Assembly: GCF_009914755.1 (NCBI RefSeq)
Contig: NC_060929.1
Origin: the human T2T-CHM13v2.0 reference genome, Homo sapiens
DNA length: 64,000 nucleotides
Strand: one strand, 5' to 3'
Shown here: positions 14,020 through 27,590 of the stretch, in pieces
Layout of the letters: every line of letters begins with the position of its first letter
How positions within the stretch are numbered: position 1 is the stretch's first letter
Notes under the pieces: model-generated
The model's input: only the letters and a program-made list of their open reading frames with translations
Databases searched by the model: none
What the model was told of the DNA's origin: nothing
Position numbers and translations under genes: made by a program

Positions 14020-14379
14020 TGTATCAGTCTGTTTTCACACTGCTGATAAAGACCTTCCCAAGAATGGGTAAATTATAAAGAAAAAGAGGTTTAAGGACTT
14101 AGAGTTCCACATGGCTACAGAGACCTCACAACCATGGCAAAAGGCAAGGAAGAGCAAGTCACTTCTTACATGGATGGCAGCAGGCAAAGAGAGAGAGAGA
14201 TTGTGCAGGGGAATTCCATGAGATCTCATGAAACTCATTCACTACCCTGAGAACAGCACAGGAAGGACCCACCCCCATAATTCCATCACCTCCCACCAAT
14301 TTCCTCCCACAACATGTGGGAATTGTGGGAGTTACAATTCAAGATGAGATTTGAGTGGGGACACAGCCAAACCATATCA
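14020..14379 (-). mobile_element. THE1 (B-like) solo LTR, MaLR
   Basis: TG...CA termini; ends in ggggacacagccaaaccatatca, the reverse complement of the THE1 start. 5-bp TSD gtagg/gtggg. Confidence 0.92.
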
Positions 14380-14509
14380 GTGGGTTAGAATACTGGATAA
14401 TAACACTTAAATGGATGCCAAAGATTGGCCAAGTCTATGTCTATATTACCTGGTATATTGTACTTTAGGACAAGTATACTGCATTTGTTATAATGGATAG
14501 ATATCTTGT

Positions 14510-15290
14510 GTGTATAAATCTGTTCCAGTTGTCTGTTGCACTGCAAAAAATAATGGCTAAAAAGAAACAAAAATACTGTTTTCTATCATGTTTCTGTGGG
14601 TTGACTAGGATGGCTGAGCACTTTTTTTTTAATTTTTATTTTTTTTATTGAGACGGAGTCTCTCTCTGTAGCCCAGGCTGGAGTGCAGTGGCAGATCTTG
14701 GCTCACTGCAACCTCCGCCTCCTGGGTTCAAGCAATTCTCTTCCTCAGCCTCCCGAGTAGCTGGGATTACAGGCACCTGCCACCATGCCAGGTTAATTTT
14801 TTTTTGTATTTTTAATAGATTCACCATCTTGGCCAGGCTGGTCTTGAACTCCTGACTAGCCTAGGCCTGATCCACCTGCCTAGGCCTCCCAAAGTTCTAG
14901 GATTACAGGCGTGAGCCACCACACCCAGCTGAGCACTTCTTAACTAGAACCTCTCACAGTGGTTGTCCTTGAAAAGAAGCTGGGACTAGAGTCATTTGAA
15001 GCTTGGCATGGCTGGACATCCATAGTATTTGACATACATTGCTGAGGGTTGACCCTGTTGTTGGCTGGGAGCTCAGCTAGAGCTCTGGAATGCATTGCCT
15101 CCAAATAGCCCCTCAAGTATCTCAGGATGTCCATGGCATGGTAGCTGGGTTCTAAAGATGTTTGTTGTAAAAGACAGAAAGCTAAAACAGCCTGGACTCA
15201 GATTATGGTACTGCATCACCTCCTCCATATTCTATGGATGAGGTTGTCGCAGAGTCCCCCATATTGGAGAGAGCTTCACTGGAAGATTGA
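14510..15290 (-). mobile_element. Old MLT1 (G/H-like) LTR, interrupted by an Alu
   Basis: tttctgtgggttgactagg..., ttggctgggagctcagctagagct, catcacctcctccatattctatgg. Confidence 0.65.
14622..14927 (-). mobile_element. AluS
   Basis: Dimer with a small internal deletion. TSD gctgagcactt on both sides. Confidence 0.93.
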
Positions 15291-15699
15291 AAAATAATGC
15301 AAGGTAAACTTTAGTTCATCACACAAGCTTAGAATGGAAGTGATTACAAAACATCTAAAACATTGTACAAAACATTGGGCTGACTCTCTTTTCCCAGGTT
15401 TTCAAAAACTTTGTTTATTTGATAAATTCACTATTACCTATTTTTATTTACCAAAGGAAAGCAAAAAGTAAAATGATACTGACTAGTGTAGGTGGGGAGA
15501 AAATTCTGGGGCAAGGAGCAATGCCATAGCCTCCTGTGAGTGCCAGACTGAATGGCCCTGGACAGTGAGAAGACAGAGAGATAATTAGGAATCTTCTGGA
15601 AAAGAAAGGAAATGGCACATTCTAGATGATTCCTCATTTATTCTAAAATTTCTTCACCCTCACTACTTGACCTCTACATTATTTGTTTGAAGCAAACAT

Positions 15700-15850
15700 A
15701 ATGTTGTGCAAAAGGTAAAGCCTGTGGACTGTGTGTGAAATCTGAGAGTCTGGTGTTAAAATCTTGTTCCGCAAATTACTAACCTGTACAGGATACTAAA
15801 TTTCTTTAAGCCCGTTCTTCCATCAGTAAATGAGAACTAACTATATTTCC
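15700..15850 (+). mobile_element. MIR (degenerate)
   Basis: tggtgttaaaatcttgttccgcaaattactaacctgt...aatttctttaagcccgttcttccatcagtaaatgag. Confidence 0.55.
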
Positions 15851-15902
15851 ATTTTATGGTACGTCCTATTTGCTCTATCTCTCTTATTTCATATCTCAAA
15901 TC

Positions 15903-16890
15903 AATTATCAATAGAGTAAACACAATCTAAAGAATGGGAGAAAATATTCCCAAACTATGAATCCAACAAAAGTCTAATGCCCAAAATCTATAAGGAACTT
16001 AAACAAATCAACAAGTAAAATAATAATAATAATAATCATCTCATTAAAAAATTGGCAAAGGTCATGAAGAGACACTTCTCAAAAGCAGACATACAAGTGG
16101 CCAACAAACATAAAAATGCTCATTATCACTAATTTCAGGGAAATGCAAATAAAAACCACAGTGAGATACCATCTCATACCAGTCAGAATGGCTACTATTA
16201 AAAAGTCAGAAAAATAACAGAGGTTGGCAAGGCTGAGGACAAAAGGGAATACTTATACACTGTTGATGGGAACATAAATTAGCTCAGCCAGTGTGAAAAG
16301 CAGTTTGGATATTTCTCAAAGAACTTAAAAAAGAGCTACCATTTGACTCAGCTATCCCATATACCCAAAGGAAAATAAAATGTTCTATCCAAAAGACACA
16401 TGCACTCATATGTTCATCCCAACACGATCCCCAGGAGCAAAAACATGGAATCATGTCTAGTTGCCCAACAGTGATGGATTGGCTAAAGAAAATGTAGTTC
16501 ACGTACACAATGGAATACTACAAAGCCATGAAAAAGAATGGAATCGTGTATTTATCGGCAACATGGATGCAGCTGGAGGACAGCATCCTAAATGAACTAA
16601 CACAAGAACAACAACAACAAAACCAACAAATAACTCATGATTTCACTTCTATGTGGGAACTAAACATTGAATACACATGGAGGTAAAGACAGGAACAACA
16701 GATACTGCAGAATATACCAGAGAGGAGAAGGGAGGGGACAATTGGTTGAAAAATTACCTGCTAAGCACTATGCTCACTACCTGGCTGAAGGGACCTATAC
16801 TACAAACTGTAGCATCCTACAATATACTCATGTAACATATCTGCACACGTATCCCTGAATCTAAAGTAAAAGTTAAAGTTACATTAAAAA
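15903..16890 (+). mobile_element. L1 (old L1PA/L1PB class) 3' end
   Basis: aaatgcaaataaaaaccacagtgagataccatctcataccagtcagaatggctact..., ending tgcacacgtatccctgaatctaaagtaaaagtt. Confidence 0.9.
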
Positions 16891-18440
16891 GCTGTGTAAA
16901 TAAATTCTGACAGGCAAATAAATTTTTTCTCAAAGTTTCACAGTTTAGAGCTAGGTCTAGATCTGGGTCTTTTGATTCCTAGATTGGGTTACTGCCTGTA
17001 GGTTACATTTATTTAGATTTTTTAAAAAATTCATATTATCACCCTTAATTTACTGACTCACCTGTAAATCTGTGGCTTGAAAATGTCTCCAGTCAAGTTT
17101 TCCCATTGATCACTATGAGCACTCTTTTACTTTTACTTGACTTGGCTGTCACTGACACTGTCCTGGCTGACACCACCGAAAATCATTTGTAGATGCTGTG
17201 CCTTTGGCAAAAGTTCTGCATGTGTTTAGATGTCAAGCAGCATGTTTACTACTTCAAGGCAGAGTAATCAGGTTTCCATGGAGCTGGACTAGGAAAGTCA
17301 GCGTTAAATCACTGGACAATTTCAAAATGACAGGCCTATAATCCTGGGTATAGTGTATTTCCATCTTGGATAAAAGGCTAAATAAAATTTTATAATGGTT
17401 CCTATTTTCAGGAGAAAGAGAAATTCATTGCAAATTGTAAGCTCTTTTCTCAACGACTTTCACCCAGCACTTATGAAAGTACTGGCAGTAAGATGTGGCA
17501 AAATAAGAAGAATCGGCAGAGAAGTTTTAATTAAATTAACACACCAATCTTCCTAAGCTCAATTATTTAAATTAATAACAGAACTCTATGGATGTGACAA
17601 AGCAGCAACTATGATGCTGAGCAAAGCAAAATGTTTTAATAGCAGTTATTTTGCCTTTTAAAATGTATTATTAATAAATATTTAAATGGAGAATCTAATT
17701 ATTTGAGAAGTAATAGGTGACGTGTTACTAATCAATGTCTAACCATGTAAAATGACCTTGAGTTTAACCTATCAGTTTTTCATGGTATTTGACAGTTGCG
17801 TGGAAGCATATAATGTTTGTGTGTGTGTGTGTGTGTTTTTAAAGCAGAACACTTACTGACTCAATTTTTCCCTCTATTGTTATGATCTACCTTAGAGTAG
17901 AAGAATCTTACCATAGCAGTAGTAAGAATAAAAGCCTCTCATGTACATTGGAATTTCCCAATTTGATAAACACAAGTTGTTGTCCTATTTCTTAATTAAT
18001 TTCTTACTTAATTTTACAAATGTATAAAATTAGAAAATTTAGGGTTTGATTCACTGAAATGATTAAAAAAGTAATTAACAAAATAATTCATTTCTTGATC
18101 ATTTTACATATGTCTTAAAATTGGAAGCAGACATTCACAGTTCTTTCTGGAGAGGAATAAAAGATAAAATCAGGAAATAGAATATTGAAAAAGTAATTGT
18201 GATTCGGGGTCAATTCAAAAAAGGTAAGCAAGATTGCAGGGGAGCTCATCACTTACTTACGCATTTGGTAAGCCATGAGGGAACACTGGCAGATTATTCT
18301 CTGGGCTAGATTTAAACATCCTTTCATTTTACTACTTCTGTATCTTAACATGAGCAAAATAAAATTTCTTAGACACTCATTTAGATAGCTGCAATTTCCT
18401 CTTCTCGTTTATTGCAAGTTATTTAGAATACCACTTTTAA

Positions 18441-18527
18441 TTTTTTTTTATTTTTTTAAAGCCAGTCAAGTTTAGCAGTGGGGGTGGGGGGGGGTTGTAT
18501 ACCAGCTGTAGTGACACTAATGCTAAT
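18441..18527 (-). pseudogene. Y4 RNA retropseudogene (RNY4-derived), 5'-truncated, with a poly(A) tail
   Basis: aaagccagtcaagtttagcagtggggg...ttgtataccagctgtagtgacactaatgctaat is the reverse complement of hY4 from nt ~34 to the end (attaacattagtgtcactaaagttggtatacaaccccccactgctaaatttgactggcttt). T tract at 18441-18457 is the tail. Approximate TSD gaataccacttttaa / ggatacttttaa. Confidence 0.9.
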
Positions 18528-19361
18528 GGATACTTTTAAGATATTTGCTTATTAATTTCTAGATCACTTGGCCCCTAAATTTTCTTCCACTAAATATACA
18601 AAATATAACTCTATCCTTAATTTTGTAATTAAAGCAAGCTAAATCCAAAATCTAAGTGTTTTGTTAAATGTAATGTAATAGTCGTCACTTAAAGACATAA
18701 TTGGACACATTTTCTCTGTACTTGTAGAGCACAGCTCATGTATTAAATATATAAAATGTCATTAAAATAATTTCTCCATTTTTATCCTTGCCTTGTATAC
18801 TATCTGAGCACAAATAGGTATTAATAAATTACTTTTTTACTCAACCAATAACAGTTCTATCTTAAAAAGAAGCCATGTTCAAGATGATTGCTGACTAGAA
18901 ATTTGGAACATTAAAGTAATATAGAAATGAACACCTGCCAGAACATCTACTGCCACCAGAAGATGAGTTCATGCCAGTGTTCTTCCCTGTGACACACCTT
19001 CCATTTTCTAGAATCAATTTCAATATTAATAAAGCTGGGCTTGTTTTTAATATGATCACTGTTCCAGGCATACCACAAAAAGATGGATGAAGTAGGCAAA
19101 TATATTAATCTTTTTTTAATAAAGGATGATGATAGTTTATTTATTCTTCTGTAGTAACAGATATGCTTATCTGGTGGATGAACAAATTAAGTTAAGCTGG
19201 ATAGACATGAAGACTTGACACACAAAAACACAACAGAAAAATTAGAGGTTGAGTCAAGAGGGCTAAACAATAAGTGTTAAAAGGGAGAGTAACAAGATAG
19301 CAGCATTTTTGTTATGAAATGAAGCAAAATAAAATATTTTTCCTTACATTTCCAAACTTAG

Positions 19362-19711
<350 letters not shown>

Positions 19712-19940
19712 TGTAGTGCATTTCTTAAAACAAATTAACGAAAACAAATACAAATGACAAATGAGCACAAAAACATATCTGTTAGAATGTTTAAAATAAA
19801 AAGACTGGCCATATCAAGGGCTTGTGAAGAGATGGAAGAGATGTTGGAGCTGGAACACTCACACACAGCTGGTGGAATGTAAAATGTGACAACCGTGGGA
19901 AACTGGTTGGCGGTGACTTCAAAGGTTAAAACCAAATTTG

Positions 19941-20251
19941 GGCTTGGCGTGGTGCCTCACGCCTGTAATCCCAGCCCTTTGGGAGGCCGAGGCAGGAGGA
20001 TTACCTGAGGTCAGGAGTTCAAGACCAGCCTGGCCAACATGGTGAAACCCCATCTGTACTAAAAATACAGAAATTAGCCAGGCATGGTGGCACTTGCCTG
20101 TAATCCCAGCTACTCGGGAGGCTGAGGCAGGATAATTGCTTGAACCTGGGAAACGGAGGTTGCAGTGAGCACAGTTCATGCCACCGCACTCCAGCCTGGC
20201 TGCAAGAGTCTGTCTCAAAAAAAAAAAAAAGAAAAAGAAAAAGAAAAAAAA
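19941..20251 (+). mobile_element. AluS (Sx/Sz-like)
   Basis: Full dimer with an A/(GAAAAA)n tail. Confidence 0.95.
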
Positions 20252-20334
20252 TATCAAACTTGCTGTAAATTCCAGCCATTGCATTATTTTTTTAAAGAAG
20301 GAAATTAAAAGCTTATATCTATAAAATATGTCTA

Positions 20335-20460
20335 TGTGAATATATATACCCACATATATATACATATATGTAAGATATATACACATATACATATATATGT
20401 ATATATATGTGGATATATATATATATGTGGATATATATACATATATATATATATATATAA
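20335..20460. repeat. (TA)n-rich low-complexity tract
   Basis: Degenerate tatatatgtggatatatat units. Confidence 0.85.
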
Positions 20461-22867
20461 ATGCCTTGTTTGTAGTAGCCAAAACCTGGACACAACACAA
20501 ATGTTTACCAACAGATTAATGGATAAACACTTTGGTATACTATAGAACAGAAGAGCATTTTGTATTCATCAGTAAGATAAAGAACTATTGACACCTACTA
20601 CAACATGGTTGTATCTTAAAATTTATTTTAAGGTATGTGAATGAAGCCAGATAAAATAAAGTACATACTGTATAGTTTCATTTATATAAAGCTATAGAAT
20701 ATTTAATCTATGGGCACAGAAGGCAGATTCATGATTACTTTTGAGATAATGGATATGTTTATGATCTTAGTTGTGCTCATGGTTTCACAGGTATATAACA
20801 TGACAAAATGTATCAAAGTGTGCATATTAATTGTGTGTATGATTGTATGTCAATTATACCTCATTAAAACAGCTAATAAAATAACTAATCTAATAAATCA
20901 ATGAGTAGAGGTAACCCAGACTTAGATTTTTAAAATTATGAACACATATGGAAAAGCCAGGATCAATAAAATATTGACCAAGAATTAGGCAGAAAGAGTA
21001 CAGATTCATATAGAAAGTCCAGAAAAAATCAAAGTATAAGCATAAATGTAACGTACACAGATAAATTTTTAAATGGGTCCTATTGAAAAGTTTCCTTTAT
21101 TTGGCTATGAGGAGCTAGGGAGGAAAATAATTTATTCACCTTATATCAAAATGAAAACCTTTATTGTATTAAACAGTAAGAATTAAACTTGTCTACCGTT
21201 AGAAAAAACTAAAGTGAATATAACTATTTTCATGTAGTAAAAATTGAATTGTTAATTAATTATTTTCCAAATAAATAATGCATACTCATGGTACAAATAT
21301 CCAATAGTAAAGGAAAAAAAAGAAAAAAAAAGAGAGAGAGGAAGGAAGGAAGGATAGATAGGGTAGGGAGAGAGAGAGAATGAGAGAAAGAAAATTTCAT
21401 CTTTTCCCTACTTTGTTTTCAGTTCAAAACCTCCTGTTTCTACAATCAATAGCCCTTGTTAATTTTATTTGAAATAAATTCATAGAATAAGAAATCTGTT
21501 TTATTTTTGTAGATTGCTTTTAATCTATTAATATAGTAAATGACATTCAGTGTATTTTATAACAATGAAACAACAATAAAAAATATCTGCCAATGATTTT
21601 TGCTGTAGTGTATGGTTGAAAAAACAGGCCTTTTTTACCTTCAGAGATTTTTCCCTTCCTATGAGTTTCGATGGGGGGGGGCTAATATTAGTTTTTGAGG
21701 AATATGAAAATTTTAGACACATTAATATTTATTTAACAATGTGCACCACCCTAGACTCTGCCAATCAGACAAAGAAGCTAGCAATACCAAAGTCTAATAA
21801 GTGGATTTTATTTATCCTTATGTCAACTATAATGGAAATTAAAAGCTAATTACCTGGTAAAAGGTGGCAACCTAGATTTTTCTTGAGGGATAACATACAT
21901 CATTATTTTAAAAGTATTCCAATGATCTCAATTCTACAAATTTATTCTAAGAAAATGTTCATGGGACATCACTAACTACCTGCAACAACATTCAATATGG
22001 CAATGTTTAAAATATTAAAAAGCTAGAAATAATCTACATGTTTAGTAATAGAGAAAAGAATCACTTAAATTATAATTCCATCAGTGAAATGAAATTTAAT
22101 ATGGAAAAATGATTTAAGGTATATATAATAGCATTTTAAAATCTATTTTATGTTATTGTACAAAATAGACTCATTTTCAATTATATATGGATGTGTGTAT
22201 ATCAAAATTCTAACAATAGTTATCAAGATTTTTGCATTAAATGAGACAGTTGTTTTCTTTTCTATACTTTCCAACATGTCTCTAATACACCCAAACAATT
22301 TAGAATTCAATAATATTGTCTTTATTTAAATATATGCATATTTTATTTGATAGAGTATCTGCACATTATTGATTTACCAGGGTATTTGACATTATTGTTT
22401 TCTGTTTCTTCCTATCTTCAGTCTACTCATCTCATAAAAGAATACATTCATTTTTGTGGGAAACTGCCTATTTCTCACTTTTAGCTCACACAGTTTGGAT
22501 GGCTTTGTTCCTCCTCAACTTCACAAATGGACAATGACTATTTTTTCTAAGTGAATAAACTCATTCCGTCCACTTACCCATAGTTCGTGTCATTATTATA
22601 GTGTCATTATGATCTCCTTAGCATTATAGCATACAAGAAAGTCAGGGCACCTCCAAGCTTTCCCTCCAGACATGAAGCTGAGTTGACATTCCACCTGGCA
22701 TCTTTGCAGCCTCCTCATGAGTAAGGGGGAGAATCTTTTGCAAAATAAAATAAGCAGAAGAAAAAGAATAAACTCCAGCTAAGAGGTATAAAAACTTCTT
22801 AGGAATGGAATAGCCTCTCTGCTAACAAGATAGTTAAGCATATTCCTGGATAAAATAACATAGTACC

Positions 22868-25149
22868 TGAAAGTGTTTGGCTGTGCCACCACCCAAATCT
22901 CATCTTGAATTGTAGTTCTGACAATCTCCATGTGTCCTGGGAGGGACCCCATGGGAGGTAATTGAATCATGGGGGCGGTTACCCTTGTTCTGTTCTCATG
23001 ATAGTCAGTGAGTTTTCATGAGAGCTGATTGTTTAATAAGGGGGTTTTCCCCCTTTGCTTGGTGCTTTCTTTCTCCTGCCATGTGAAGAAGGATGTGTTT
23101 GCTTCCCCTTCTGCCATGATTCTCAGTCTCCTGAGGACTCTGGAGCCATGAAGAACTGTGAGTCAATTAAACCTCTTTTCTTTATAAATTATCCAGTCTG
23201 TGGTATTTCTTCATAGAAGCGTGAGAACAAATGAATACAATAAATTGGTAATGGAAGTAGTAAGGTGCTGCTGTAAAGATACCCAAAAATGTGGAAGCAA
23301 CTTCAAAACTGGGTAGCAGGTAGAGGTTGGATCAGTTTGGAAGCCTCAGAAGAACACAGGAAAATGTGGGAAAGTTAGGAACTTTGTAGAGACTTGTTGA
23401 ATGGATTTGACCAAAATGCTGATAGTCATATGGACAAGGAAGTCCAGGCTGAGGTGGTCTCCGGTGGAGATGAGGAGCATATTGGGAACTGAAGCAAAGG
23501 TGACTTTTATTATGCTTTAGTAAAGTGACTGGCAGCATTTTGTCCCAGCTCTAGAGATCTGTGGAATTTTGAATGTGAGCAAGATGGTTTAGGATATCTG
23601 GCAGAAGAAATTTCCAAGCAGCAATGTGTTCAAGAGGAAGCAGAGCATAAAAGTTTGGAAAATTTGCAGCATGATGAAAACAAAAAAAACAAAAACAAAA
23701 ACAAAACATTTTCTAGGGAGGGATTTAAGCCAGCTGTAAAAATTTGCATAATTAACAAGGGGCCTAATGTTAATTACCAAGATAATGGGGAAATGTCTCC
23801 AGGGCATGACAGAGACCTTCATGGCAGCATCACCCATCACAGGCCCAGAGGCCTAGGAGGAAAAATTGGTTACCTGGGTCTGGCCCAGGGCGCTCCTGCT
23901 GTGTGCCACCTAAGGACTTGGTTGCCATGTCCCAGCCACTCAAGCCATGGTTAAAAGGGGCCAAAGTATAGCTTGGGCTGTAGCTTCAGAGGGTGCAAGT
24001 CCCAAGCCTTGGCAGTTTCCATGTGGTGTTGAGCCTGCAGGTGTACAGAAGTCAAGAATTGAGGTTTGGGAACCCCTGCCTAGATTTCAGAGGATGTATG
24101 GAAACACCTGGATGTCCAGGCAGAAGTTTTCTGCAGGTTCATGGAGAATCTCTGCTAGGGCAGTGCAGAATGAAAATGTGGAGTTGGAGCCCCCACACAG
24201 AGTCCCCACTGGGGCACTGCCTTTTGGAGCTGTGAGTGGAGGGCCACCAGCCTCCAGATCCTAGAATGGGAGGTCCATTGACAGCTTGAACCGTGCACCA
24301 GGAAAAACTGCAGACACTCAATGACAGTCTATGAAAGCAGCTGGGAAGGGGACTGTACCCTGCAAAGCCACAAGGGTTGAACTGTCCAAGGCTGTGGGAG
24401 CCCACCTCTTACATCAGCATGCCCTGGATGTGACACATGGAGTTAAAGGAGATCATTTTGGAACTTAAGGTTTAATGATGACTGCCCAATTGGGTTTCCA
24501 ACTTTCATGGGGCCTGTAGCCCCTTCGTTTTGGCCAATTTCTCCCATTTGGAATAAGTGTACTTACCAAATTTCTGTATACCATTGCATCCAGGAAGTAA
24601 CTAACTTGCTTTTGATTTTACAGGCTCATAGGTGGAAGGGACTTGCCTTGTCTCAGATGAGACTTTGGACTTGGACTTTTGAGTTAATGTTGGAATGAGT
24701 TAAGGCTTTGGGGGACTGTTGGATGGGCATGTTTGTGTTTTGAAATGTCTGGACATGAGATATGGGAGGGGGACAAGGGCAGAATGGTTTGGCTGTGTCC
24801 CCACCCAAATCTCATCTTGAATTGTAGTTTCTATAATCCCCATGTGTTATGGAAAGGTCCCCATGGGAGATAATTGAATCATAGGGGCAGTTATTTTCAT
24901 GCTGTTCTCATGATAGTGAGTGAGTTCTCACAAGATCTGATGGTTTTTTCAGGGGTTTTCCTCTTTTGCTTGGCACTTCTCTCTCCTGTCGCCATATGAA
25001 AAGGATGTGTTTCCTTCCCCTTGTGCCATGATTGTAAGTTTCCTGAGGCATCCCCAGCCATGCAGAACTGTGAGTCAATTAAAACTCTTCTTTATAAATC
25101 ACCCAGTCTCAGGTATTTCTTCATAGCAGCATGAGAACAGACTAATACA
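22868..25149 (+). mobile_element. Full-length THE1 (C/D-like) MaLR provirus: 5' LTR 22868-23239, internal 23240-24784, 3' LTR 24785-25149
   Basis: Two homologous LTRs (tttggctgtg..cacccaaatctcatcttgaattgtagtt...aataca). The internal region starts ataaattggta... and includes the THE1-int ORF remnant (ASEGASPKPWQFPCGVEPAG...QRMYGNTWMSRQKF). Approximate TSD gtacc/gtatt. Confidence 0.95.
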
Positions 25150-25179
25150 GTATTCAGTGTGGTTATCCAAGACATCATT

Positions 25180-25470
25180 TTTAGGTTGAGGAAAGAACCA
25201 CACACTGGTATTGAGGCGAGAATGAGCTTAATGTGACCAAAGAAAGGCAAAGGTTACATTTTATGTCTGAGAACAATGGGAAGGGAATAAAATCAGAATC
25301 AAAGGGAGGCTCAGATAATGCCCATTCTTGTGGGCTATGAAAAGATTTTTGGCTTTTATTTATAAATAGAAATGGAAGTCATTGGAGGGTTTTTGAGTAG
25401 TGGGGTGACATAATGCCATTTTTCTTTAAATTGGTGCTCAAGATACTAAATGAAGCAGAGCTCCGGGATA
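25180..25470 (-). mobile_element. L2 fragment
   Basis: tttggcttttatt...aatggaagtcattggagggtttttgagtagtggggtgacat matches antisense L2. Confidence 0.6.
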
Positions 25471-26609
25471 GAATAGGGACAGCTGCAGAACAAACAAAGA
25501 AGCAGGAAAACTTCTCAGAGTGAAGGAGTGCTGTAATTTAATTCAATTAATATTCAGAATAAGATGTAGACTGTGAAGATTCTACAAGTTTGATGGCAAT
25601 TATAAGGTCTTATTTTATTTCTTCTGGCATAGTATTTAAATATTAACTGCATTAATATGAAAACAAAGTAGTATCATTTAGAAACCATTCAACAATGTAT
25701 GTAGTATAACCTGTGGGAAGTACAAGGTGTTTAATAATAACAAATTGCCTCCCTTGGACTCATTTTGGTTAAATTGCTTTTATTAAATAAGAGCTTGAAA
25801 ATTGCTGATATAATATGTAACTTGAACGTATAAACTACAATGCATTTAACCTGCAGAAAATTAATGAAGCAATGACAATAAGATGAAATAATTTGGTATC
25901 TACATAGTTGCAAGTAGGCAACTTCCAGACATTAAATTATGTGACTTAAAACACTAAGTGCTGTTTTTAAAAACAGATTCTTCTAACATGGGAAATCTGA
26001 GCAGTGTAAACAAATTCAGATTGAGCTTTAAAAAAAGAAATCACATAAGGACATGGCTTTCCACAGTGTTCCCCTAAAATTAACTCCTTATTTCCTTATA
26101 CATTTATTTCTGTGCTTTAAGTGTATATTAATTGTGTCTCTGGAATCATATCAAAACATTTGTACATGTGTAAAGCAAAAAAATAAAAATATGTAGTGGG
26201 AAGCTGTAAAACTTATTTTTCTCTAGTACATTAGGAGAGATATTTGCTTTTAGGTTTAAAAGAAAAGATCCACTCTTCTAATACATTTCAATCTAAGCAT
26301 AATGGGTATTTGTGCATTTTGGGAGAAGGATATTGCTCTTGTATATCTTCTGTCATCGAATGTTCTCAGATCAATGAAATATGCATCATCAGCCCTGTAG
26401 GGATATAAAACCAATTGTATCTCACATCTTGACATTTCAGAATGCAATCCTTCTTATGTCTATTTAGTTACCACTGAATATAGGATCAAAAGGCTCAGGG
26501 TCCCATCACCATTTGATGATGTAGAATTAAGTGTTAAGGGCCACTCTAGCGATGCAATCTCTGCCTTGACTTTATGATGAGGTAAGGAATATCAGTGATT
26601 ATTAGATTG

Positions 26610-27590
26610 TTTTCTTATATATTTTTAAACTGAGATGTAATTCATATACCATCTTGTGGATATACCTTCAGTATACATAATAAAATGTATTTCAGAAATA
26701 TTCAATTTAGTGATTCTTTGCATATTCACAAAGTTCCGTAGCTATCACCACTAACTCAAGAACCTTTTCAACACCCCAAAAGGAAAGATCAAATACATTA
26801 ACAGTTAGTGCACATATCTCTTTCTCCACTAAGCAATCACTAATCTACTTTAGATCTCTATGGATTTGCCTATACGGGAGATTTTACATACATGAAATAA
26901 TGCAATATTTGGCTTGTCCTATCTTGCTTCTTTGACTTAGCATTATGTTTTCAAGTCTCACAGATACTGTAACATGTAGCAGTACCTCCTGACCTAAATT
27001 TTTATAGCTGAATGATTTGTCATTATATGACTGTAATATACTTTGTTTACATATTCATCAGTTGAAAGACATTTGGATTGTTTCCACTTTCTTGCTAGTA
27101 TAATAAATACTGCTATAAAATGTGTGTACAAGTTTTTGTGTGGATATATGCAATTTCGTTGTGAAGGAAATGCTGCAGATTGCTAGGCTATATCATAACT
27201 CTTTGGTAAACATTTTGAGGAACTTCCAAACTGATTTCCTAAACAGCTGTACCACTTCACATTCCCAAAAGTAATATATGAGAGTTAGAGTTGTTCCACA
27301 ACCTTACCAAGACTTGTAAATTTTCATCATTATTTTTAAAGTATAGCTATCTTAGTATGTGTAAAATGGTATCTCATTGTGGCTTAGATATTCATGTCCT
27401 AATAACTAATAATGTTAAGCATCTTTTATGTGCTTATTGATCCTTGGTACATCTTCTTTGGATAAATATCTATCCCAAGCCCTTTGCCAGTTTTTAAAAT
27501 AGGATTGCTTGTCTTTCAACGTCTTTTTTTTTTTTTTTGTATCTAAACTGAGTTTCTTGTATGTCTTTTGTAAGGGCCACTTTTTGATAT
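26610..27590 (-). mobile_element. L1MB-type 3' end
   Basis: tgagatgtaattcatatacc...catattcacaaagtt...acaccccaaaagga...tctctatggatttgccta. Confidence 0.8.

Larger units (their letters stand above)
19730..20885 (+). mobile_element. Ancient L1ME/MC 3' region, interrupted by an Alu and a (TA)-rich expansion
   Basis: ggagctggaacactcacacacagctggtggaatgtaaaatg; gtagccaaaacctgga; caattatacctcattaaa. Confidence 0.75.

Noticed and set aside
19919-20500. Longest ORF in the track (193 aa)
   Set aside because: It is a read-through of (TA)n low-complexity sequence and an antisense Alu (YIYI..., FFFF, LECGG...ASASRVAG), the usual Alu artefact.
22400-22800. Possible LTR16/LTR33-like relic
   Set aside because: Too diverged to support by eye.
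23655-24698. Cluster of ORFs in a GC-richer block
   Set aside because: These are fragments of the decayed THE1 internal ORF, broken by stops and frameshifts.
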